Shown here: positions 51,748-62,912 of the stretch, one piece after another
Numbering within the stretch: position 1 is the first letter of the stretch
How the letters are laid out: each line of letters starts with the position of its first letter
Source: Phaeosaccion multiseriatum
Lineage: Eukaryota; Protista; Ochrophyta, other classes
Direction of reading: 5' to 3'
DNA: 64,000 nucleotides
Assembly: GCA_965112735.1 (NCBI GenBank)
Contig: OZ218953.1
Location: 4,464,001 to 4,528,000, forward strand
Made by a program: the position numbers and the translations under genes
Notes under the pieces: model-generated
Databases searched by the model: none
What the model saw: the letters and a program-made list of their open reading frames with translations, nothing else
Told to the model about the DNA's origin: nothing

Positions 51748-52066
51748 CTACACCACCGGAATCGCCACACCACTGACAGGGACAGACCCTCCTCCTCCTC
51801 CTCCTCCTCCTCCTCCTCCTCCTTCGAGACCTCGTTCTTCCTCGACCTCCCTCCTGTAGAATGCCTCATAGACCACTCCTCCGTCCAAGCTCCCTACCCG
51901 CACACCCGCTCCAAGCTCGCCCTCCTCAAAGCGAAACCGCAGCCCCACACACTCCGCGCAGGAGAAATGCCCCCGCAACACGAGCTGCTCCTTGAGCTGC
52001 TGCACCGTCCACTCTCGCCGCAGCTGAAGGCATTCTCTGTGGCCCCGGCCACGCCTCCTCCGCTGC

Positions 52067-52099
<33 letters not shown>

Positions 52100-52779
52100 T
52101 CTTTCTGCTGCTCCTCTGGCCGAGGTTGTGCTGCTGCCGCTATTGTGTGTTGCTTGCCTCCCGCTCTGCCCCCACCGTCCCCATTGATGAGCAGTTCCAG
52201 CGCACAGAACGGGGACAGAGAAGGCGCGAGTAGCACCGGGGCTGTTGCTGCCGCAGCAGCCGCCTTCCTCCCTCCAAATAAGCCCAGCCCCGAGGTGGGA
52301 GAAGGCGCAGCAGCGCTACCACTGGTGAGAGAAGGAGCACCTCTCTTTACCCAAGCCTTCCTTCCTCTAATTTGCGCTTGGAAGCGTGAGGAGGAGGAGG
52401 AGGAGGAGGAGGAGGAGGAGGAGGAGGGGGGGGTGCCTTCCATCCTCCGCCGGCCGGCTTTTCGACCGCCCCACCCCCTCAGCAGCAGCACACCAGTCCC
52501 GTTACTGCCACCCTCATGGCCTTTTGCCCCCCCCTTTAGCCTCTGCTGTGGTGTGCCCACGGAGCATCCGTCCTCCTCCTCCTCTGCGGTCCCAAGCTCC
52601 CTCTCCAGACGTGTGCCGCTGCCGTGTGGACTCCCTACATCCATACGAGAACGAATGATGCTCGCCGAGGACGGGGGAAGGAGATGCTGGTGCTGCTGGT
52701 GGTGCTGCTGTCGCAGGAGGGCACCGAAAATGCTGCTTTGATTGCTCAGCAAGGAGTGCTTGCGCAAGTTTTGCTCTAC

Positions 52780-52826
<47 letters not shown>

Positions 52827-53439
52827 GAGGACTCCCCCCTCCACCACTAACCGGCGAGTAGCCTGCTCGCCTCCCTCCTTCCCGCGAGCCGCCCTTTCTC
52901 AGCATCTTGGCGACAGGGGATGGGGGGGGTGAGGCGCCCACCCCCCCAAGTCTGCTGCCTGCTGCACGCCCCATTGATCGCAGCCCAAGACCGCCGCTCC
53001 GCCGCATAGGCGAAGAGGCGGGCGAGACTTTCATGGACATGTACTGCCGAGCGCCCCTGCTGCGCCGAGACTCTCCCTCCCCTCCCCCTGTCAGCTCTCT
53101 CGCGTCCGGGGTGAATACGAATGCGTCGAGGAGGCTACACTTGCTTGCGGGGGCCGGCGTGCCTCCTACATTAGGATACTTGGGGGCCCTGGCCGGGGTG
53201 TGACTGCCGCAGCTATCACGATCGGCGGCCGTCGTGGCGGATGCTGCAGGAGACGGAGAGCGAAGCCCCTCAGATGTCCACTCTGACGCTCTCGCTCGAT
53301 CTGAAGGTGTTCCCGGGATCCACGTTGCGTCCTCTGCAGGCTCCCCAGCATCATCCTTGCCGCCTTTCGCCGGTATCTCGTCGCGCATCGGTGACGTGAA
53401 GCCCCCTGCCCTCTTTTGGTGCCGTACAAAGCTCTGCAT
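51748..53439 (-). CDS. Hypothetical protein: disordered S/P/G-rich region plus a possible C-terminal ubiquitin/SUMO-like domain
   Basis: 563-aa ORF. The C-terminal segment LELLING...LQLRREWTVQQLKEQL...LRFRFEEGEL resembles a beta-grasp fold. Confidence 0.5.
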
Positions 53440-53493
53440 CTTATCGGCCTGAACTGTCCTTTCCCTCTCTCTCTCCCTCTCCCTCTCCCTCTC

Positions 53494-53527
<34 letters not shown>

Positions 53528-54162
53528 CCCCTCTCTCTCTCTTTCCCTCTCTCCCTCTCCTTCCCTCCTCCTCTCCCTCCTTCCTCCCTTCCTCAGTCTC
53601 TTGTGCAAGAGTTCGTGGCCTTTACAACCCAATTCTCTCCTCAGAAGCGCCCCAGGAAGAGAGAGCCTCGTGCCCCCCCTCAACGTATACGAGTAAGGGT
53701 TGATTTGAATTTCCTTACGTAGGGGCTTATAATACATTACGTAACTACCTGACCCCTCCACATCTCTCTCCTCCCTCCCGAGGCTCCTTAGTCGTCTCCA
53801 TAACGAGGACTATTGTCGACAACCATTCAGAGCAATTCGCCTGTAACAGCACTCCGCGGTGTATCCAGATGTAAGGCCGTCTCCCTGATTATATCTATTA
53901 TTTATGTGCTTTCCCCCGTTTGCCGTTTATCGTTCCTCTCCCTCTCTCTCTCTCCCTCTCCATCTCTCCCTCTTTCCCTCCCCTTGACCCCTGAGTCATG
54001 CCTACGCTTGCCTAACTTGCTATGCTGTGCTTGGCCGGAGAGTCCCGTAATGTGGTTCTTAACTCCTGTCTCCCCTCTCGCATCCCAACGGCAGATTGAT
54101 TTACCCCCTCGGCGAACATGGCAGGAGACAGGAGGTAAAAACCAGAGATATTCTTTGCCGCG

Positions 54163-57100
54163 ATGAAGAAGAAGAGGGGGAGGAGCAGAAGCTGGAGCCG
54201 CAGCCCGAGCGAAAGGAGTGGGAGAGCGAGCAGATGCCCCAGCCGCACCAGGAGCGAAAGGAGTGGGAGGGGGAGCAGACACACCAGCAGCAGGAAGCAC
54301 AGGCAGAGGAGTGAGTATCGCAAACATCGCGGTCGCTCCAGGAGGGAGGTAGAGGAGGACAGATCGAACAAGAATTTCCGGGCTAAGATCTTGGAGTGGC
54401 TCGTGAACGACTCGATGCACACCACCGAGTTCAAGCACGGCTGGCCCACCAAGGAGCGCTGCGAGGACGTGACCAAGAACCTGTATGGCACGCTCCTCAC
54501 GCTGAGACGCTGGGGCGACCTGAAGCGGTTAGTGGAGGGGGGGAGAGGAGGAGGACGACGAGAAGGAGGAGTGCACAGACAGGATAGCTTCTACCTTTTG
54601 GCTTGTGCGTGTGTTTTTTTGGATGATGAGCCCGTGTTCTTGCATCCCTTAAGCCAGCGCGCTTCCCTTTTCTCCTGCCGCGTACACACATCGCCTCGAT
54701 ATGCGCAGGCGCACTCGTCTGAGCCTGTCAATGGCTCTAGTCTGCACGGCAAGCATCAAGGAGCTGGACATTGTGTGTAACGCTCTCTATCGGGATTGGG
54801 CGGAGGAAGACGACGAGGACAACACGGTAAAAATGCTCTTCACTGAAGGACTTATCCTCCAAGTGGTCTTGCCCCTTCTCGACGAGGGCCAGCTACCGGA
54901 GCGTCCGAGCGGGAGGGAGCTAGGCAGCATACTGAGGGAGGTGACGTATAAGCTGCTTCAAACAGGAAGGCCTCGCCCCGGCGACTACCTCGAAGATGCC
55001 TACAGAATCCTAAAGACGCTTTGGGTGAGGCTGCATGCCTTGGGCGATGGCAAAGAGCGTCGCGATGATGACGAGGAGGACCGCGGCATTGCCGTACGGC
55101 ACTTGGAGGACTGGGTGGAGCGGCAAACCGACGTCTATGCCTATCAGAAGAGGTTTGTGGGTTGGGCATCGGAAATGCTCCGGTCGATGGAGGAGGCAGA
55201 TACTTCCCAGCCTTCTTCTTCCTCGGCTGCGAACGGAGCAAGAGGAGGGGGGAGGAGTGGGCAAGGAAGCTGGTCAAGGAGACGAGAGGAAAGCGAGGAG
55301 GAGGATCCGACACCAGGAGAGGAGGAGTCCAGCGGGGACGAGGTCGAGGACGAGGAGAGCGGGGAGGAAGAAGAGGAGAACGAGCAGGAAGAAGAAGAAG
55401 AAGAAGAAGAAGAAGAAGAGGAGGAGGACGAGGAGGAGGAGAGGAAGAGAAAGGAGCAGAAGCGAAAGGCCAACGGGCAGCGAGACGAGGAGGAGGAAGA
55501 GGAGGAGGAGAGGAGGAGGAGGAAGAGAAAGGAGGGGAAGCGGAAGGCCAGCAGGCAGCCGGACGAGGACAAGCAAGCAGCGCCACCATCAGGGAACGGA
55601 GAGCAAATGCAATATGATGGGGGTGGTCGTGGTGAGCAGGAGGAGGAGCGTAGGGTGGAGGAAAGGCAAGAGAAGGAGAATGAGCAGAGCAAGGGGAGAG
55701 AAAAGAAGCGGAGGAAGAAGGAGAAAGACGATGAGCGCGAGAATGAATGACGAGAGCTGACAGACAAGAAGCAGCAGCAAGAGCAGGAGCAAGAAGATGG
55801 GAGAAATGCTGAACAAGGAAATGTCCACAATGGGGAAAGGGTTCTTCATTCTTCTGCAGTGAAGAGCAAGAAGAAATCTTTCGCCGCCAAGAAGACTCAC
55901 CAACGTCGAACAAAGGAGCTGGAGGCGAGCAAGAATAAAGGGGCACCAGCAACAGCAGCAGCAGCAGCAGGAGCACAAAAAGCCGTAGAGACAGGTTCCG
56001 ACTGTGACAACAGTGTTATGGTGCTGATGCGACGTATCTTTCTCGAGGATGAGGAGACTGACACCGCCACCAAGCAGCAGCAGCAGCAGCAGCAGAAGAA
56101 GAAGAAAAAGAACGGGGAGGACCTCGCGACAGGTCCTGCACGCAGAAGCACGTGCAGGCGGAGCAAGCATCCGCTGAAGCCAGGGATGGCAGTGCATGTG
56201 ACGAAGCACAGCGGCGACGAGTGCAGGGGCTACGTGATTCGCGACAGGTGAGTCAGAATAACAAGGATGATCAAGGGATTGATACGACGGTCGCTTGGTA
56301 TGTGGGTCGGTCAGTCGGGTGCAGGAGCGGGGAATGGGGGTTGGAGGGGAGGGAGAGGGGCAGGAGAGGGAGTAGCAGCAGGGACGAGAAGCGAGAATAA
56401 TGGGGAGGAGGGGAGGGGAAGGGAAGGGAAGGCTCCACTTATGGTCTTTTTCTTACATTGCTCCTGCATTTGTCTGCTTGCTCCGCTCGCCCCTGGCCCC
56501 TCGCCCTCCCCCCGCAATCGAATGACCGCACAGAGGCGACGCGACCTACGACATCATGTGTCAAGCAGACGGTGTGGCGCAGAGAAAGCCGGGTCGGCCC
56601 GTCGGACGAGGCACGCTACTCAAAGTGCAGACTCGAGGCACTTTGGAGGCCCTGGATGAAATGGAGGGCAAGAGGAAGACCGTCACGCGGGTGAGTGAGA
56701 GAGGGAAGAGGGAGAGAGTGCTGGCTCTCGCCCGAGGGGAGGGACCCTGTTTTCTCTCCTCTCACACTCAGAACGACACTGAAGTCTCCACGAAAGTCTC
56801 TGTGTCCTTCCTTCTCACAACATTTACTCTTCGCTTTTCGCCTTTCCTCCTCCTCTTCTATTTGTCCCGATTCTTATCTTGTCTTGTCTTGTCTTCTCTG
56901 CAGGACGAGCTGAGGACGGCCATTCAGGAATGGATGGAGAAGGGATCGAAAACGGACCTGGCTAGCCTGCATGAGTACCTGACCAAAAAGTATACGGGGT
57001 CCTTCTCGGAGTGCGAGACGTTTATCCGAGATTGCAGGGCGGAGGCTCTTCGGAAACGCAAGCAGCAGCAGCAGGAGCAAGATGAGGATGGAGGTGAAGA

Positions 57101-57488
57101 GGAGGAGGAGGAGGACGAGGAGGAGGGTGGAAATACAGGGGGGCAAGACGAGGTAGGGGGTGAAAGTGGAGAGGACGAGGGCGAGTGGAGTGATAACGCG
57201 GTTCAGCAACTAAAGGCGGGGGGAGGTGGGGGTAGAGAAGAGGACCCTAACAACCCAGGAGTGGAGGAATCGAAAGGGGGGGAGGGCGATGCGGCGGAGG
57301 AGGAGGAGGAGGAAGAGGAGGTGGGGGGTTGCAGGCACACAGAGATGCAGACTGAGCCCCAATTCCTGCAGTCACAGCGACTGACCCGTGCGAGGCACCA
57401 GGAGCAGGAGCAAGAGGAAAGCAGTGCTAGCCAAGGCAACACAAGCTCCCCTCCCAAACGGATGCTGAGAAGTAGAGGGCAGAAGTAG
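54163..57488 (+). CDS. Chromatin-associated-type protein: RS-rich start, helical domain, acidic tracts, Tudor-like and DEK-C-like domains
   Basis: Exons ~54163-54527, 54709-55631 (see finding on the TGA at 55748), 55860-56247, 56534-56690, 56904-57488. Tudor-like LKPGMAVHV...GYVIRDRGDATYDI; DEK-C-like TRDELRTAIQEW...LHEYLTKKY...ETFIRD. Confidence 0.55.
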
Positions 57489-57666
57489 AGTTGCGGTGGG
57501 CGAGAGAAGAGGAGGGAGAGCGATCGAACCCAAACTTCCATGTTAAACCCTTAAGTCATCTATGATTGGCTAAAAGTAACGTCCCCGACGAACAAACTGG
57601 ATTGAGTTCAGCGCGGGAATAAATTGGAAGGAGAGGCACACGTATCAGCCTGTCTGGCTCGCCTTG

Positions 57667-58871
57667 ATGGAAGAACATAACGCTCTCATAACTTGCATAG
57701 TGCAGCGTGACACTGAAGGGCTGCTTATTAAGCTCCGCTCAATTTGTGATGTCAAGGTCCTGCTTGACACGCCGACGAGGCAAGGATACACACCTCTTGC
57801 AATTGCCAGCGGCCGCGGAGCAACTGAGATAACCAGAGTGCTGCTGGACAATGGGGCGAGCGTGGATAAAGCGAGTCCTGACGACGCTTGCTCCGCGCTT
57901 ATGTACGGTACGTGAGGGAGAGACGGTAGGACTTTGATGTGTTCCGTCACCTGCCGCTCCAATAAAAATCTCACAGTGCACTCTTCGCCCCGTCTATACT
58001 TTCTATCCTTACAGCTTGTAGCGGTGGCCATCTGGACACCGTCAATATCCTACTGGAGAAGGGAGCAAGCGTCCACATGACGGACTCCGAAGGTTGGTCC
58101 CCGCTATTCTATGCGTGCGCTTCCAGCCGAGACGGTGCCACCGAAGTAGTCAAGCGTTTGCTGGAAGAGCTGCGGCACCTGCAGAAAGTTGGGGTGGAAG
58201 GAGCAGCAGGAGGAGGCGGGGGAGGACAAGAGAGAGAGAGGCTGCAGAATGTGGGGGCGGAGGGAGCACGAGGAGGAGGAGGACCAGAGAGAGAGAGACC
58301 ACGTGCCGATCTCATTTCAGCCCATGTCATTGACCGAAAGGACGAGTTCGGCAGCTGTGCATTGCTATTGGCGAGCAAACGCGGTAACGTGGAGTCCACC
58401 GTCCTTCTGATGCGGGCCGGCGCAGACGCCCTCGTGAGGGACGGAGAAGGATACACCGCTTCGGCAAGGGCTCGAGAATGCGGACACGCCGCCTTGCTCG
58501 CTGTAATAGAGGAGGAATCACGTGAGTCTCGTTTTCTGATAAGTGAGTGGAGGCCGGGCCGGGGGCTTTTCCAGGGCAAGACTTTTTCCTAGATCATGCC
58601 CCGCAAAGCAAGCAAGCGGAACGCCTGCCTTTCGCAGTTATTGTGCCAATGAGCACTGACACCTTCCACCCCCCCCTCCTTTCTCCCCCCCTGCTGCCGC
58701 TCGCTTTTCTCTCTTTCACGCCTTCAAGGATGGCGCCGCCGCGGGTGGCTTGTGGTTTTAAGGGAAATTGACACACTGGCAAGCCCTCTGGTACACGAGC
58801 CCACGAATAGCTCGATCCCAGGTGGCAGACAGCACGCCTCGCTAAAAGCCTTGCAGATAGCAGATAGCTGA
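57667..58871 (+). CDS. Ankyrin repeat protein
   Basis: Exons 57667-57907, 58014-58521, 58729-58871. GYTPLAIAS-RG...LLDNGA, ALMYACSGGH...LLEKGA, GWSPLFYAC, ALLLASKRGN...LLMRAGAD. Confidence 0.85.
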
Positions 58872-59805
58872 GATGCCGAAAGAGCAGAGCAACCGAGTCA
58901 CAAGAAACTTTTTTTTTTTTCCTTTTCTTACTTGTTTTTGTGTCCTCGTGTGTACATCACTATACTTGCCACACACCGCCACGGTTCTCTCCGGCCTGCC
59001 GTGGGAACAGAGGCAGACCCACATCAAGCCCCCCCCCCCCCCCCCTTCCACCTCGCTGCACTACAAACAGTGCCTATCCAACCCCAACCCCACCGCACAT
59101 CCCTCCCCTCAGGCCTCGAATCTCTCTCCACACTCCTACACGTTGTTCAATCCATCATCGCCTGGCGAGGCGCCCCTTCCTCCTTCCCTCCTCCCCCATC
59201 GCGAAGCACAGCGAAGACCGACCTCTCGAGGTGAATGCAGTGGGACTTTATGTGACTTATGCCCTCATGTCTCAGCCAGTCTCACTGGCATATGTAACCA
59301 CGGTGCTCGCACCAAGGAGGCATTCTCTAACAACCCCTGCTGCACCCCTCTAGCTCGGAGTAGGAAGGGCACTCGTGCAAATGCTCTCGTGCTCCCGGCC
59401 CCTGTTCCCACCTAGAAAGCACCCTCTTGCAGAGAAAGAAGAACGCCTGGACCGACCTTGCGACACAAATGCGAGCTTCGTTGCAGGTACCGCACGCACC
59501 GCGGGCATGCAAGAGCTCTCGCCTCCCGCTGAGTTCGCTGAGTTCGGGACAGGCATTTGGTCCTGAGCTGATCGGAGGCGCATCAAACAGACACCCTTCC
59601 CCTCCCGAGGGGGGAGGAGGGAAGGGGGGGAGCCCGGGAACGGCGGGGGCACTCTCCGTTTCCGTCGTCACAAAGTGGCCAGGGGTAAGGAGGCATGACA
59701 CCCCCCCCCCCACTCTTACTTTGCAGTCTGTAAGGGTAGGGCAAGAGCTGGACCCCTGAACCACTCGTGTCGTCGCCTTCTTTTTTCTTGGTCGTCACCC
59801 TTTTT

Positions 59806-62364
59806 TCAATCCGTGACACCACCCCCTTCGTCCTTCATAACGGCGACGATCGCACCGGCGATGTAGTCGACATTCGACTCATTGATCCCGCTGAGACTGA
59901 TGCGTCCCGTGGACAGCATGTACACGTGATGCTCGTAGCGAAGCTTGTTGACGTGGTCCTCTGACAGCCCCGTGTAGCTAAACATGCCATTCTGACTGGT
60001 AAGGTGGGCCCAGCCGCCGGGGGCGCCTTTCTCCTCGAGCTTTTGGCGCAGCAGATGTCTCATTTTGTTGATCCTGCCTGGGAGGAGAGAGAGTTGCTCC
60101 TTCCACTGGCTGCAGAGTTCTTCGTCGGTCAAAATGAGCGAGCATACCTTCGCCCCATGCGATGGCGGGTTCGAGTACAGGCATCGGATGATGTCCTTTA
60201 GAGTCGCCTGTGTGCATTTTGGAGTGTGAGGGAGGCAGGAGCGGAGGTAGGAACAGAGGTAGGAATGAGGGAAGGAACAGAATTTTACAAAAAGAAGGGA
60301 ACGGAGAGTTTCAGAAGGGGGACAGATGTAGAGCCTTCAAAACACGGAGCCCATGCTCTGCATTGATCTACATTGATCGAAGCTGTACTCCCTCCTCCCT
60401 CCCCCCTTCTCCCGCCTCGTCCGACCGACCGAGCCGCCTCACCAGCACGTTGCTCGCCTCCTTCGCTGACGCGCACACGACATGCAGTGCACCGAGTCTC
60501 TCCCCGTAGAGCCCCATGTTCTTGCTGAAGGAGCACGCCACAAGCATCTGCATGCCCCGCTCCTGAAAGAGGCGCACGGAGTACGCGTCTTCGTCTAAAT
60601 CGCCAGTCACGAAACCCTGTGGAGGGGACGGCCGGCGAAAAGAGAATGAGAGAGAGGGAGGGGGGGGGGGAGGGAGAAGGAGGGAGGGAGAGAGGGAGGG
60701 AGGAAGAGGGAGAGACGGAGGGAGAGACGGAGGGAGAGCGAGAGAGAGAGGGAGCGGGCAAGGCACGTACTGTCAGCATAACCAAGAGATGCACGCGGCT
60801 GGTGAAGGCAGAGTCGCCAAATCACGATGATGATGATGATGATGATGCTTGTGATTCTCGAGTGCAGTGCGGGCTGACATGAGCCGCCGCCTCCTCAGCT
60901 TAACTGGGGTCCATCCACCCTTGATTTGGACGGATGAATGAATGAATGGATGGATGAATGAATGGATGGATGGATAGAAGGATAGATGTACTCGCATTGC
61001 TCGCTCGTCGTGCCCTGCCGTGCTTCGTCACACGTCGCGGCGTGATCACCACTGCCCCCCCCCTCACCCCACCTGGTAGGCGTTGTCGAACAAGGGAATA
61101 TGGGCCATCTCCTGCATGCAGTCCGCAATGGTCTGCCACTGCTCCTTGGTGGGGTCTAGGCCTGTGGGGTTGTGGGCACACATGTGCAACACCACCACGG
61201 ATCCGCGAGGGGCCGCCCGCAGGTCTTCCAGCAGCCCAATCAGGTTCAGCTCTTCCGCCAATTTGTCGCAGTAGCGGTACTTCTTAAGCAGAGAGGGGTC
61301 TAGGCCGCACATCTGAGAGGTGTATGAGTGTATATGTTTCGCATTGCCAGGGTGAGTGAGGAGGGGGGAGATATGAAAGCGGCCATGAAGGGTGGTGGTG
61401 GTGTAGCACTGTGTTGTCCACAAGGGAATTCGTACGAGAAGGACAGTGAGCTAGTTCAAAGGAGGGCCAGCCAGCGCGAGGAGGACTGGGCATGGAAGGA
61501 AGGCCTACGAGTCAACGGATGGAAGGAGAGATCCGTAAACCTTCTCGGTGCGTAAGAAAAACGAGCACAGAGACACCTGCTACACCTCCTTCCACCTCTG
61601 CCACCGCCCCGTCTCTGATCAACTTACACCTGCCACCTCCCTCCCTCCGATCTCCCCTCCCTTCCCTGACTGACTTACTCACCGCTGGTATTCGAAAGTG
61701 GACCGGCCAAGACACCTCCGGCACCAGCACGCATGCGGGCCCCTTTCCCGCCTCCTTCTCCTTGCCCACGAGCCCCCCCCTGATCAGGAAGTCAAAGGCC
61801 ACTCTGATGGCCCCGGTGCCCCCTACCGCCTGCGCTGTGGCCACTCGTCCCTCCCTGATGGAGGCGCTCTCGGCGGTGAAGAGAAGCTTCTGACAGGCGG
61901 CCTGGAAGGACTTGAGCCCGTCCTGGGGTACGTGCAGTCAATCGTACAGACACACACAGGGGGTTCTCAATGGGTGAGCAAGGTAAGTTAAGCACCGCAA
62001 AGTATGTGTGGGTTGACGGAAAGCAATCAAGCAAGCAACAAGCATCTATTGGAGAGTAGCAACCACTAGTCCCACTTCCACAAAGAGAAGCAGCAGGTCA
62101 TTGAAAACGGACCCCGACCATGCGCCGTATAGAGATACATACCTGGGGCGTGTATTCGAAGTTCTGGCTCTCATCCATGGCCAACCGCCGCATGGCTTCC
62201 CTGACCACGGGCAGAGGAGCAGGGTCGCCATTCTCATCCCGGTACGCCCCCACGCTCACGTTGACCTTGGGTGAAGCTTTGTCTTCCTTGAAAGCTTGCA
62301 CCAGGCTCAGAACCACATCAGGAGGAGGGGCAACCACCTCGGACCAAAAGGACGAAGCGGTCAT
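59806..62364 (-). CDS. Aspartate aminotransferase (GOT, subfamily Ia), divergent cytosolic type
   Basis: 5 exons. [82 protein letters not shown]. Confidence 0.92.
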
Positions 62365-62912
62365 CCCTTTCCTTCTTCCTTTCCTTATCTGATCTGTACC
62401 GTCGCTTGATTGATGGATATTGATGGTGGTTGGATATCGTGGTTGTAAGGGAGGGAATTTCCGTTTCAGTTTTTACTTTTTTTTTTTTTTTTTTTTTTTT
62501 CTCTCTCTCTTCTTTCATCTTCTCATCTTCTCTTTCTTTTTGCTCTGGCTCTAACCACACACAGTAAAAACGTAGCTCCGTTAGTTACCGAGCGTACGTA
62601 GCTCAGTTGATTTGAGCTGGAGAAAAAGGGAGGTTCAATTATTTTATATCCTTTCTTCCCTCTTCCTCGATCTTTCACTCTTCCTTTCCTTTGCTTGCTT
62701 TGCTTGCTTTGCTTGCTTTGCTTGCCATCCTACCTCGTCCCCCTTCCCAACCTCTTTCATACAAAATCTTCTTCCTCCTTCTACGACCGAGATGAAGACT
62801 TGCTTCAGTTTCAGTTTCAGCCGTAGGACAAAGGCCGGCCCACCAGCAGCCAGGTGCTTCCGCCACTGCTCCATTGGTCAGTGTGCCGTAGCTAGCTGCT
62901 CTTCCCCTGCCT

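Noticed and set aside
54360-55050. TRFH (telomere-binding factor) domain at the start of the acidic protein
   Set aside because: Only a weak helical resemblance, and no C-terminal Myb/telobox domain is visible.
58179-58299. Diverged ~60-bp tandem duplication inside the ankyrin exon
   Set aside because: Real, but an ordinary low-complexity loop duplication (LQKVGVEGAAGGG / LQNVGAEGARGGG).
58900-59780. Several 100-180-aa ORFs between the ankyrin and GOT genes
   Set aside because: No recognisable motifs or convincing splice structure. Likely UTR or intergenic sequence.
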